From an uncultured Nitrospirales bacterium (GTDB lineage: Bacteria > Nitrospirota > Nitrospiria > Nitrospirales > NS-4), in the NCBI GenBank assembly GCA_964384595.1, contig CAYLLY010000004.1, forward strand, positions 1 to 63,772: DNA of 63,772 nucleotides, read 5' to 3'. A program made the translations under genes and the position numbers. Shown one piece after another: positions 31,832-41,727 of this stretch. Numbering within the stretch: position 1 is the stretch's first letter; every line of letters starts with the position of its first letter. The notes beneath the pieces were generated by a model, which was given only the letters and a program-made list of their open reading frames with translations, was not told where the DNA came from and made no database searches.

Positions 31832-32014
31832 CTACTCCGTGGTCTTTTCGATGCGCTGCTCGCGAGTGATATCCTTCGGCTCATAGACACCGGGAGCGTA
31901 CGAATAAAACGACTCGATGAGCCGGCTCAACCCCATGGCCGCCAGCGCGGCCAGCACGCTGAATACCACCACGAGCCCCCAGAACTTCACGGGCGATGGC
32001 TTTCTCCAAGGCAT
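31832..32014 (-). CDS. Small single-TM protein (60 aa)
   Basis: KFWGLVVVFSVLAALAAMGLSRL TM segment followed by a charged tail; weak SD. Confidence 0.5.
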   Translation of the reverse strand: MPWRKPSPVKFWGLVVVFSVLAALAAMGLSRLIESFYSYAPGVYEPKDITREQRIEKTTE

Positions 32015-32212
32015 CGTTATGGCCACACGAGAAAGGGAGCTTTGGCGGCCATGACTGTAGCGGCCACAAAGAGGCAGTGGGACAGCGACAACGCATCGGC
32101 GGGAACGTGATGGACATCCTGCAGCCGGTCCTTCATACGCATACGTGCCTAGGGAATGCCTCCAGAGCACAGTACGACGGAGTGGCCGGAAGGTCAAGGG
32201 GATCGAACTCCC

Positions 32213-33316
32213 TCATCGTCTGCGACCCACCTTGCGCAGCAGTGCCACGACGCGCCCGGCGGTCAGCTCGAGCGTGAACGCCTCGGCCCGCGCGAGTCCT
32301 TGCCGCCGCATATGCTCGCGCATGTCCGACTGAGAGAGCGCCCTAGTCATGGCTTCCGCTATCGCGGAAACGTTTTCCGGATCAAACAAAACCGCCGCAT
32401 CCCCGACCACTTCCGGGATCGCGGCCCGATTCGACGCCGCAACCGGCGTGCCACAAGCCATCGCCTCCAATGCCGGAAGACCAAACCCTTCTTCACAAGA
32501 CGGAAGGACGAACAGGGCGCATCCGCTGTAGACAGCCGGCAGGTGCGCATCTTCGATCAAACCCGGAAAAAGAACGCGATCGGCTACGCCCAGGCGTCGG
32601 GCCAGGCATTCAAGGTCGTTCCGGTGCTCCCGATCACCTCCGGCGAGTACCAGTTGGTGCGTGCCCTTGAGCTCCTTGTCGAGACACGCATACGCCTGAA
32701 TCAGCCGTGGAACGTTTTTGTGGGGAAGGAAATTCCCGACAAAGAGGATGTAGGGCGGAACAATCCCGTATCGTTTCGTCACCTCGTCGGTCAGGGCTTC
32801 CCGCTTGAATTCGGCCCCGAGCGCGACCGGGATGACGGTCACTTTGGCCGCGCGCACGCCGAGCATTTCCACAATGGCCCGTTTCGTATATTCCGAATCC
32901 GCAATGACGGCGTCGGCCCGCGCCGCATACAATCGCGCCAGGTGGGTCATGACGGCAACGTAAACCGGACGCCCATCTCCAGGGTAGCGGATAAAGAAGA
33001 GGTCGTGGACCGTGATGACGACGGGACAGGGAGCCATCAGCGGGCATTTGTAGTAGGGCGAAAGAAAAACCGAAATCCGGTCTTGAACAAGACGGCGCGG
33101 AAGACTGAATTGATCGACCCATGGTGTCCAGGCGCCGGGCAGGCGGCGACCGCTCACCCCCGGCAACCTGACGGGAAGGCTGGTTGTCTCATCTCCGTAG
33201 ACGAGGCACTCGAGACCTTCATTCGCCGCCGCGCGCAACACCTCAACCAGGTAGCGGCCGATCCCGGTTCGCCTGCCGCTGACCAGTTCGCGGCCGTCCA
33301 CGCCGATCCGCATCAT
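32213..33316 (-). CDS. Glycosyltransferase family 4
   Basis: RIGVD.R.L....TGIGRY, HKN, EEGFGLPALEAMACG. Confidence 0.92.
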   Translation of the reverse strand: MMRIGVDGRELVSGRRTGIGRYLVEVLRAAANEGLECLVYGDETTSLPVRLPGVSGRRLPGAWTPWVDQFSLPRRLVQDRISVFLSPYYKCPLMAPCPVVITVHDLFFIRYPGDGRPVYVAVMTHLARLYAARADAVIADSEYTKRAIVEMLGVRAAKVTVIPVALGAEFKREALTDEVTKRYGIVPPYILFVGNFLPHKNVPRLIQAYACLDKELKGTHQLVLAGGDREHRNDLECLARRLGVADRVLFPGLIEDAHLPAVYSGCALFVLPSCEEGFGLPALEAMACGTPVAASNRAAIPEVVGDAAVLFDPENVSAIAEAMTRALSQSDMREHMRRQGLARAEAFTLELTAGRVVALLRKVGRRR

Positions 33317-34626
33317 GCGCGGGACGGGTCCGAAATCGGAGGTTTGCGCGCCTTGAAAATCATTTCGCAGAACCCGACGTACTGACAGTCCACAATCTCA
33401 TACCCTTGCGCGAGAAGCCGTCCCGCCAAGTCATCCCGGTCATAATGGGTGATATGCTCATGCGCATAGGCGCCCGGCAGCACTTTCCCATAGACCCACT
33501 CGATGGCCCACCAAAGCCAGCGGCCGTAGTCCGGTGTCCCCACAATCAATGTTCCCCCTGGCCGTAGGACACGCCACATCTCCGTCCAGATCTCAGACGA
33601 ATCAGGCACATGCTCGATTACTTCCGAATTGATGACCGTGGAGAAGGCGGCATCGTGGAAGGGCAGGGAGTCGCAGCTCCCTCGAACCAACAGGTTATGG
33701 CACGGTTTCAGCCAGCGCAACTTGTTCTGGAGGATGTCCAGTCCGACCGCGGCGGGCAGATCCAGGATGATCCGGCTGGACCCGCAGCCGATGTCCAGTA
33801 CATCCTTCCGGCCGTCCAGGTAGCCGAGGACGATCCGATGCCGCGTCTGTTGCCAGTACCGCTGGAGCCAGATCGGGCTGTCGAATGCACGGTAGTCGTA
33901 ATCGGCCGACTCCACGGAGTTCCGCAGCCTCCACATCCGCACCAGCGTCTTCAGGAACGCCAGGCCGAACTTGAAAAGCCGCACGTGCGAACTGCCGGAG
34001 CCTCGCGCCATGTAATGGAACGGCACTTCGAGTATCCGCCACCCCTCCGCATGTACGCGAATCAGTACCTCCTCCAATATGTCGAAGTCTTGTGCTGCCA
34101 GCGCCATTCCCGCTAACACTTCACGGCGATACATGCGAAACCCGCTGGACAAATCGCGTATCGGCAATGACAGAACCCGGCCGTAGGTCCGGTTCAAAAT
34201 ATGGCTCAGCAGCCTCCGGAACCACCCCATGTCGGCCCGCCCCCCGGGCACGTAACGCGATGCGATCAAGACCTCGGCCTCATCCCGACGTCGCCAGAAT
34301 TCTTCCAGGAAGACCGGACGGTGTGACAGGTCGGCATCCATCGTGACAATGTAGGGCGCGGCGGTGGCGGCAAAACCCGCCCGGAGCGCTCCGCCATACC
34401 CGGGCTCTGTTTGGAGGATCACGCGTGCCCCTCGTTTTTCGGCGGCGTCACGCGTTCCATCTCGGGACCCGCCATCGACCACAACGATTTCCGCCGTGAT
34501 TCCCATCCCGACGACCACTTCCTTGAGCGCCGGAAGCAAGAGGTCGAGGTTTTCCTTTTCGTTCAAGGCCGGGATCACGATCGCGATCTCGGGCGCGCGT
34601 GCCGTCTGATCGGCCGGACGTGTCAT
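33313..34626 (-). CDS. Polyprenol-phosphate glycosyltransferase (GT2, DPM-like) fused to a class I SAM methyltransferase
   Basis: IPALNE, VDGGS.DGT, GYG.A...GF, MDADLSH, ASRY..GG, SGFR.YRR, then LDIGCGS, SEVIEH and HITHY. Confidence 0.88.
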   Translation of the reverse strand: MTRPADQTARAPEIAIVIPALNEKENLDLLLPALKEVVVGMGITAEIVVVDGGSRDGTRDAAEKRGARVILQTEPGYGGALRAGFAATAAPYIVTMDADLSHRPVFLEEFWRRRDEAEVLIASRYVPGGRADMGWFRRLLSHILNRTYGRVLSLPIRDLSSGFRMYRREVLAGMALAAQDFDILEEVLIRVHAEGWRILEVPFHYMARGSGSSHVRLFKFGLAFLKTLVRMWRLRNSVESADYDYRAFDSPIWLQRYWQQTRHRIVLGYLDGRKDVLDIGCGSSRIILDLPAAVGLDILQNKLRWLKPCHNLLVRGSCDSLPFHDAAFSTVINSEVIEHVPDSSEIWTEMWRVLRPGGTLIVGTPDYGRWLWWAIEWVYGKVLPGAYAHEHITHYDRDDLAGRLLAQGYEIVDCQYVGFCEMIFKARKPPISDPSRA

Positions 34627-36815
34627 GCGTCAACTCGCGCTGAAGCGCGGAGACGCCCGACAAGAATCCACGCCAGACCTGCCACGCCCACAAGCTTGCC
34701 CGCCGCCAGCAACGACAGCGCCCCCTGGTGAAACGCCGGAAACTGCTCCAACGAATAGCGACTCCCCAGCAGCAGAATGGCCGCAACCAGCACGACGAGG
34801 TCCCTGGCCCGCATCCGCTCGATGGAGTCGCTCAACAACAGGAGCATCAGCGGCAGGAGGAGGATGACCAGGTGATGTTCCTCCGTCACCGGAGACAGCA
34901 GGAGGACCGCGCACAACCCTAACCCCCAGGTCCAGTCGAGCGTGGACAAGTCCGACGTCGGTGTTCTGGGCATAGCCCGCGCGAACACGCCCAGGAACAG
35001 GGCATCCAGCGCCAGCGTCAGTCCATCTGCGAGCAGCCGGCCGTCGCCTGGGGCGGCTAGCAACCGGTGAACCGTCCCGCGTGGCGAAATATTTGCGGTC
35101 CAGGTGGCCAGATAATCCGGCAAGGCCGTCACGTACCGGACATACTCAACATGGTGCGACGGACCCAGCGCAAGGACGCCCACACTCAGACCGAGCGCGG
35201 CGAGAGCCAGCGCCCGGAAACTGACCTGACGATATCCGATCCACCAGAGCAGCGGGAGCAGGAGCGCATACTGAATCTTGCTATGGACAACCACCGCTAT
35301 CGCCACAGCCGACATCCACGGCCGTTCCGAGCGCAGCCCCCACCACACCACCGTCAGCAGCAACAACAGCCAGATGTTGGATTGCCCCAGCGCCAGGCTT
35401 TCCATCAGCGGCTGATAATTCAGCATCACGAACAGTGCCACGGCCACCTGGGTCGGCGACGCCTCCCCGTACCGATGGATGCAGAGCCAGAGCACGAGCA
35501 CAAGGCACGCCTGGCTTGCGAGCAACCACCCGATCGCCGCGGCGCGAAACGGGAGATAGACCCATGGCTGCATGAACAGATAGAACAGCGGCGGGTAATT
35601 GGCCGCGGCGCCGGCCCGCCGAAGATTGAGCATTGCGTCGACCGCCCCCACAGCCTGAGGATCAAACGGATTCATGCCGAGCGAGACGACGGTGGCATAC
35701 GTATAATAGTGGGCAAAATCGATGAAGGGGGCCTCGACCACAAGCTTGACGAGATCGTGGCCATACCGGAACAGGCTGAACACGACGACGACCGCCAGCA
35801 GCAACAGAAACGCGTGAGTCCCCGAACGCGCCGAGCGCTCGGCCGTCTGAGGTACAATCGCCCGAACCGCTTCAAGGCAGGCGGCACATGCGGAGGCCCG
35901 GTTCAGCAACGCTTCCTCGCGCTGCGAGAGCAGCCACGACGCCACGCGATACAAAAGGCGACGGATTTCCAACTCCCGTAAGGCGATCCAGCGGGCCATC
36001 GATCCGCCCCACACGGGAAAATGCTTGTCGAAGTACAGAATCCGGCTCTTGTACGCTTCGCAGAGCATCCGCTCCGGAACCTGCTCCGTACTCTTCCCCC
36101 AACTATGTATGACGGACGGTTCTGCCAGGTACCGCACCCGGCACCCTGCCTCCCCGATTCGCTTGCACAGGTCCACGTCCTCACTGTACATAAAAAACCG
36201 CTCGTCGAACCCTCCACACGACAGGAAGAGGTCCCGCCGAACCAGCATGCACATCCCTCCTCCCCATGCCACATCACGTGTGCGCAGATGCGCCTTCAGG
36301 GTCGCGCGCAGCAGCCAACGATGGAGCGCCGGGCGACGGTACACGGCATACCGCAGAGAAGAGAGAAAGAACAGGTCGCCGAGCTGGGACCAGGGAGACG
36401 GGAACGACTCGTGCACGGACGGCTGCAGGGAGCCGTCCGGGTTCAGAATTCGGCACAGGACCATTCCGATTGCGGGGTCTCGATCCAGTTCGGCAACCAT
36501 GGAAGGAAGTGAACCGGGCTGCAATTCACAGTCGCTGCCAAGAATCAACAAGGTCCTGCCCCGGCTGACCTTCGCTCCGATATTGCTGGCCCGTCCGAAG
36601 CCGACGTTTTCACCGTTTTGAACTATCCGCACGTGGGGAAACTCCTCGGCCAGCATCGCCTGGGTCCCGTCAGTCGAGCCGTTGTCAACTACGACGATCT
36701 CGAAGGTCCGCTTCTCAGCCGCTCCGGGGACGGCGCGAAGGCATCTGGCCAGGTAGTCCCGCGTGTTCCAACTGACGATGAGGATCGAAATATCTGGAAT
36801 GGGGTCGCGCGTCAT
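34623..36815 (-). CDS. GT2 glycosyltransferase fused to a GT87/DUF2029-like GT-C membrane domain
   Basis: N-terminal IVSWN, VDNGSTDG, N.GFG..N, FDERFFMYSEDVD; C-terminal DF..YY.......G.NP, NYPPLF, GQSN with many TMs. One continuous frame. Confidence 0.85.
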   Translation of the reverse strand: MTRDPIPDISILIVSWNTRDYLARCLRAVPGAAEKRTFEIVVVDNGSTDGTQAMLAEEFPHVRIVQNGENVGFGRASNIGAKVSRGRTLLILGSDCELQPGSLPSMVAELDRDPAIGMVLCRILNPDGSLQPSVHESFPSPWSQLGDLFFLSSLRYAVYRRPALHRWLLRATLKAHLRTRDVAWGGGMCMLVRRDLFLSCGGFDERFFMYSEDVDLCKRIGEAGCRVRYLAEPSVIHSWGKSTEQVPERMLCEAYKSRILYFDKHFPVWGGSMARWIALRELEIRRLLYRVASWLLSQREEALLNRASACAACLEAVRAIVPQTAERSARSGTHAFLLLLAVVVVFSLFRYGHDLVKLVVEAPFIDFAHYYTYATVVSLGMNPFDPQAVGAVDAMLNLRRAGAAANYPPLFYLFMQPWVYLPFRAAAIGWLLASQACLVLVLWLCIHRYGEASPTQVAVALFVMLNYQPLMESLALGQSNIWLLLLLTVVWWGLRSERPWMSAVAIAVVVHSKIQYALLLPLLWWIGYRQVSFRALALAALGLSVGVLALGPSHHVEYVRYVTALPDYLATWTANISPRGTVHRLLAAPGDGRLLADGLTLALDALFLGVFARAMPRTPTSDLSTLDWTWGLGLCAVLLLSPVTEEHHLVILLLPLMLLLLSDSIERMRARDLVVLVAAILLLGSRYSLEQFPAFHQGALSLLAAGKLVGVAGLAWILVGRLRASARVDA

Positions 36816-36857
36816 CAGCGATTCCAATCGGACTGGGTCCCCGGTCCGCAGCGAGCC

Positions 36858-37976
36858 TCAGAGAGACACGATTTGTTCATAGACCTCCAACGTGCGCGCA
36901 ACGTAGCGTTCGATGGTGAACTCAGCCTGGACTCTGGCAACGCCGCGTTGCCCAAACCTCGCACGCAGCCCAGAATCCGCGATCAGTTTTCCAACCGCAT
37001 GTGCCAGCGCATCCGGGTCGCGCGGAGGGACCAGCAGCCCCTCTTGCCCCTCCCGGACGATCTCCGGCGTGCCGCCGGTATTCGTCGCCACAACGGCGGT
37101 ACCCGACGCCATCGCCTCGAACAGGACCCTGCCGCAGGGCTCCGCCTCGGAGGCCAAGACCAGGATGTCGAGGCCACGCATGACCCCAGGGATATCGCGG
37201 CGGAAGCCCACGAAACGAATCCGGTCATCGAAGCCCGTCTCCTTCACCCGACGGCGGAGCGCGTCGGCGCGCCACGCATCTTCGGGGAAGAGCGTATCGC
37301 CGATGATGAAAAACCGTGCGGCGCAGCCTCCCGTCAGCAGGCGGACCGCGGCCTCGACGAACACGTCATGCCCCTTGCCCAGACCGATCCGCCCAACCAT
37401 CCCCACGGCGGGGGCCTCGTCCGGCACTCCCATTTCCAGCCGGATCGGCTCACGCGACTGTCCAGGATGAAATTCCCGTGTGTCCACGGCATTGAGGATT
37501 GTCACCGACTTGTCCCACGCCGAGCTTCCACGAAAGCGTTCCCTGATCGCGTCGGAATTGCAGATGATTCGCGCCGGCAGCCACGAGAAGGCCCGGTCCA
37601 CATCCCACATATCGCCATAAAGGAGATTCCGCATATGCCAGACGGCGGGCACACCGGTCAACCTGCCGGCTAGTCCCGCGCAGACATTCGTCTGCGGGCC
37701 GTTGGCATGGAGCAGGTCGATTCGCTGCTCCAGAATCAGGTCCCGCAGCCGCCGTACCGACCTGATCACTCCCACGATGCTGCGCAATGGACCGAATGGG
37801 GCTGCGAAAACCGGTATCCCCTCACGTGCCAGGGCTTCCGGAAAGGGCCCGGACTGTGGCCCCCCGAACAGAGGCGTTACCCGCGCTCGATCAAGGTGGC
37901 GACACAAGAGCAACAGGCTGTTTTCAGCCCCGCTCAGTTGCTCCACGTGATGGAGGTAGAGCACCCTAATGGCCAT
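36858..37976 (-). CDS. Glycosyltransferase family 4
   Basis: SGAENSL, GRI..GKG, EPCGRVLFEAMA. Confidence 0.9.
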   Translation of the reverse strand: MAIRVLYLHHVEQLSGAENSLLLLCRHLDRARVTPLFGGPQSGPFPEALAREGIPVFAAPFGPLRSIVGVIRSVRRLRDLILEQRIDLLHANGPQTNVCAGLAGRLTGVPAVWHMRNLLYGDMWDVDRAFSWLPARIICNSDAIRERFRGSSAWDKSVTILNAVDTREFHPGQSREPIRLEMGVPDEAPAVGMVGRIGLGKGHDVFVEAAVRLLTGGCAARFFIIGDTLFPEDAWRADALRRRVKETGFDDRIRFVGFRRDIPGVMRGLDILVLASEAEPCGRVLFEAMASGTAVVATNTGGTPEIVREGQEGLLVPPRDPDALAHAVGKLIADSGLRARFGQRGVARVQAEFTIERYVARTLEVYEQIVSL

Positions 37977-39147
37977 GTGCCTGCGTCTCGGCCGCACGCG
38001 TGAGAACCGCTTCGTATTGCTCCGCAATCCGGTCCCAATCAAACAGGGCCTCAGCGCGTGCACGACCGCTCTCGCCCAGACGGCGACGCAGCGCTTCATC
38101 GCGCGCCAGCGTGATCATCGCCTCCCCCATCGCTCGCCAATCCCCTGTCTCCACCAGCACGCCCGCCTCGCCGAGTACCTCCGGCAGCGCGGTGCTTCGC
38201 ACCGTCACGACAGCCAGACCATAGCTCATGGCCTGCGCGACAACAAGCCCGAAGGTCTCAAAGGTGGAATGGAATACAAATACATCAGAGGCCAGAAAAT
38301 ACGATCCGAGCTTCTCAGACGGGATATAGCCGACAAAATGGACCTGCTTCTCTATTCCGAGTTCTACGGCCAGCGCGCGTAGCTTCCCTTCGTCGGGCCC
38401 CTTTCCACCGATCAGCAAGACGCCGGCATGCCCCCCGTCAAGGTAATGCCGCATCGCGTGTAGCATAGTCCCCACTCCTTTCTCCGGCACGAGCCGCTGA
38501 AGGGCGAAAAACAGCCGTTCTCCTTGCGGGATGCCCAGTGATCGCCGAAGCGCGGCCCCTTCTCCAGGCGGCGGAGGAATCTGCACGCCATTGTAAACCA
38601 CCTGGCCCCGCACGGTACCGTGCCCATACAGGGCCGTCTGGCAGTATTTCGACACATAGGTGACATCGCAGACAAGGGCCAAGAGTGCCCGCTGCCACCA
38701 CCGCCACAGAGCCGGCACTCCCGGCCCGGGCACGTCACGTCCGTTTAACGTCACAACCGTGGGAATTCCCAAGACCCTCTCCGACCACACGCCAGCCAGG
38801 CCGGTCGGCATCACATAGTGCACGTTCAGGACATCCGGACAAAACCTCCGGGCGGCATACCGGACCGCGCCGACGGCCGACAGGGAAAAAGGCGGGATCG
38901 CGCCTCCGGTCAACCGGTGGCCGGGAATCCGCATGAAGGAGATACGGTCATGGTAGCGCTCCACGGGAAACGAAACCAGGGCCTCATACTCCTTGCCGGC
39001 CTGGTCGCGCACCAATGCCGGGTCAAGATGGGGCGTCACAAGCAGGACTTCATGGCGCGTGGCCAATCTTCGGTAGACTTCGAAAAGGACCATCTCGGCG
39101 CCCCCGACTACGGGGAGAAACGTTGGGGTCAGGACCAGGATCTTCAC
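37966..39147 (-). CDS. Glycosyltransferase family 4
   Basis: FLP.VGGAE, RLVPEKG, ETFGLVVAQAM; GTGA overlap. Confidence 0.9.
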   Translation of the reverse strand: MKILVLTPTFLPVVGGAEMVLFEVYRRLATRHEVLLVTPHLDPALVRDQAGKEYEALVSFPVERYHDRISFMRIPGHRLTGGAIPPFSLSAVGAVRYAARRFCPDVLNVHYVMPTGLAGVWSERVLGIPTVVTLNGRDVPGPGVPALWRWWQRALLALVCDVTYVSKYCQTALYGHGTVRGQVVYNGVQIPPPPGEGAALRRSLGIPQGERLFFALQRLVPEKGVGTMLHAMRHYLDGGHAGVLLIGGKGPDEGKLRALAVELGIEKQVHFVGYIPSEKLGSYFLASDVFVFHSTFETFGLVVAQAMSYGLAVVTVRSTALPEVLGEAGVLVETGDWRAMGEAMITLARDEALRRRLGESGRARAEALFDWDRIAEQYEAVLTRAAETQAHGH

Positions 39148-40280
39148 CGTCGCAGCACCCGGGCGTACAGATTGCGCGTCTCCTGCGCGATGACGGACCA
39201 CGAAAATCGGGCGGCCACGGCCAGCGCCGCCTTGCCCAAGCAGGCAGCCTCCTCGGGTTTGGCCAACAGGGAGGCGATCCGGGATGCCAGGGCGACGGCG
39301 TCCTTCGGGGGGACGAGCGCAATGTTGTCACCATCCCGGAGATAGGCAGAGGGCAGGGTTGAAACGGTGCTGACGACGGGACGCCCGTGTGCCAGGCCTG
39401 CCATCAAACTCCCCCGGCGAATGGAGACCCCGTCGTCGTATGGAACGACGAAGATGTCGGCGGCATTCAGGATGAGCGACACCTCTTCGCCGGGCCGGCG
39501 GCCCAGCCAGATGATGGCCGAAGCGACTCCGAGGCGCCCTGCCAACGCCTTGAGGTATTCCATGTACCAGATATTTTCCGGTCTGTTATCTCCAACGATC
39601 GCAAGTCTTACTTGAGGTTGTACGCGAAGAAGTTCGGCAAGCGCCGCAAACAGCGTCTCCAGACCCTTGCCCGGGTAGATTAACCCGAAGTGGACGAGGA
39701 CCGGCCCCTCTTGGGGAAGACCAAGCGTCGCCCGCGATACCCTCTGCATCCCGGCCGGCTTCGTCGGAATATTCGCGCCGATCGGTATTTCCGTGCAGCG
39801 GCCGGCGAACGAGGGAAGCCGTCGGCGAATCAATGCGCTGACCTCCTCGTTCGCGCTGATGCTCCACCAGGCCGACAGAAGGAGCAACGGCGCCACGACT
39901 CGTGACCGCAGGGAACCGCCGACCAGCGTGTGGAATGTGATCACCACCGGCGGGCCCGACCTGATCCGTGCGAGCAACGGCACGAACTTGAAGCCCAGCC
40001 CCTGCCCATACAGATCGGGAGTGTATTGCAGATGAATCAGGTCGACGGGCGGGCTGATCGCGGACGACGTGAGCCGCAACGCCTCGCCGACCGTCCACGC
40101 CCGCACCCGGGGCAGCACCGCGACGGGACCGCCGGTCTCTCCACGGTAGCGATCCGACGTCAGCACGACCACGTCTTCGCCCTGACCGGCCAATTCCTCC
40201 GCAAGACAGCGCGTATAATCACCGACACCGCAGGTGACATCTTGAGGGGGATATGACGGGCACACCATCAGAATCCGCAT
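39144..40280 (-). CDS. Glycosyltransferase family 4
   Basis: CGVGDYT..L, FGLIYPGKG, PYDDGVS.RRGSLMAGLAHG.P. Confidence 0.88.
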   Translation of the reverse strand: MRILMVCPSYPPQDVTCGVGDYTRCLAEELAGQGEDVVVLTSDRYRGETGGPVAVLPRVRAWTVGEALRLTSSAISPPVDLIHLQYTPDLYGQGLGFKFVPLLARIRSGPPVVITFHTLVGGSLRSRVVAPLLLLSAWWSISANEEVSALIRRRLPSFAGRCTEIPIGANIPTKPAGMQRVSRATLGLPQEGPVLVHFGLIYPGKGLETLFAALAELLRVQPQVRLAIVGDNRPENIWYMEYLKALAGRLGVASAIIWLGRRPGEEVSLILNAADIFVVPYDDGVSIRRGSLMAGLAHGRPVVSTVSTLPSAYLRDGDNIALVPPKDAVALASRIASLLAKPEEAACLGKAALAVAARFSWSVIAQETRNLYARVLRR

Positions 40281-40281
40281 G

Positions 40282-41727
40282 TCACTGTTCGATCCTCTTC
40301 ATCTCTTTTTTCCACAATCGGAGAAGAAGCCAGGCGATCCCGCCCAGAACAAGCAGATTCGCGCCGAGCAGCAGGAGCTGGTTTCCGGCCAGCCGCGCCC
40401 CTTCGGCAGTCGGCAACAGGCGCAAGAGGTCGCCGGCGTTGACATCCGGGCGGCTCACCACCGTGTGCAGCGTCTCCACTCCCAACCACTGCGGCAATGC
40501 CTCCTTAAACACGACGCCCATGCCGGTACCGGACAGCCACGTTTTCACGGCATAGGGAAACGGGTTTGCGGTCGGGATAATGCCGGCTTGCGCGCTCAGG
40601 TAACCGCACAGAACCGAGGGAATTCCAGCCGCAAGGAGCAGGTTTCTGCTCATACGGTCCATGACAGGAGCGGCAAAGGCGGCCAGCAACGGAACGGCCG
40701 GAAACATCATGCGCGGCCCGAGGCTGTGCGCCCAGGAGGCACGGTCGGCAAACTGGGACTGCCAGCCGGCGGCGGCAAGCCAAAGGCCGGCCAGAAAAAC
40801 AAACGCCACCATCGCCTCGCCGGACTTCCCTGTCCGCCATGCGGCACCCAGGCCGGCCACTGCAAGGAGAAGGAACGGGGCATAGAGGAACAAGCCCCCC
40901 CGCGGCCCTGCCAAAAGGTCTAGAAGAATCGCACCCTTGGGAAAAACGAACCCCAGATTGGAAAGGCCGGTGACAAAGTAATATCCGGTCAACCACGGTT
41001 GCCCGAACAGCCACGTGTTGTACGCGCCAAGCGCAAAGACGAGCGGAGCGCAACCCGCAAGAAACGCCCCGGCCTGCTTGACGCCCTCCCGCTTTCCCAC
41101 CAGCAGCGACAACAACGGAATGAGCAGACCGGCCGGGTATGTCACCGCCGTCGCCACGCCACACATCGCGCCTGAGGCCAACCGGCGCCAGTTTCCTCCC
41201 GGTTCCACGGCCAGCCGAACGGCCGTCAATACCGCCAACGCCGAAAGATTTTCTTTAAACAGGGTCGTTCCCAAAAAAAAGTCCTGTGTCCCGAACGCGA
41301 CGAGGGCGGCGGTCCACAACCGTCCCCGACGGGCCGCGCCCAGCCAGCCGGCCAGCCAGGCCGATTGGACCGCCACCAGCGCCGACGCCGTCGCACCCAC
41401 TGTGAGCGCCAGAGCCCCATTGAGCGCCTGGAATGCATCCATGGTGTCCGCCGGCCCCACCAGAAAGCGCCATCCCAGATAGAACGGCATGATCAACACT
41501 GCCGTTCCCGGCGGCTCGGCCGACACCAACCGTCCGTGAGCCATCGCCGTGTCCTTGCCCTCATATAACCGGGGGTGGGCCATTTCCCAGCGGCCTGTAT
41601 CCACGAAAGATACCGCCACATCCAAAAAATTAAACGTCATTGAAGACTGCAACCAGGGATTCCAGAACGCCGCATACACCAGCCATGCGGTCAGAAAGAT
41701 GCGGGCAGCGTCGGTCTGAATGCTCAT
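40282..41727 (-). CDS. Polytopic GT-C-fold-like membrane protein
   Basis: About 12 TMs; the N-terminal periplasmic loop has KD.A..HG..VS..PPG; GL..Y.P and GPR motifs near the C-terminus. Confidence 0.65.
   Translation of the reverse strand: MSIQTDAARIFLTAWLVYAAFWNPWLQSSMTFNFLDVAVSFVDTGRWEMAHPRLYEGKDTAMAHGRLVSAEPPGTAVLIMPFYLGWRFLVGPADTMDAFQALNGALALTVGATASALVAVQSAWLAGWLGAARRGRLWTAALVAFGTQDFFLGTTLFKENLSALAVLTAVRLAVEPGGNWRRLASGAMCGVATAVTYPAGLLIPLLSLLVGKREGVKQAGAFLAGCAPLVFALGAYNTWLFGQPWLTGYYFVTGLSNLGFVFPKGAILLDLLAGPRGGLFLYAPFLLLAVAGLGAAWRTGKSGEAMVAFVFLAGLWLAAAGWQSQFADRASWAHSLGPRMMFPAVPLLAAFAAPVMDRMSRNLLLAAGIPSVLCGYLSAQAGIIPTANPFPYAVKTWLSGTGMGVVFKEALPQWLGVETLHTVVSRPDVNAGDLLRLLPTAEGARLAGNQLLLLGANLLVLGGIAWLLLRLWKKEMKRIEQ

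Noticed and set aside
32183-32280. Complete tRNA gene
   Set aside because: No acceptor 5' strand, D-arm or anticodon arm could be built upstream. Only a 3'-like fragment is present.
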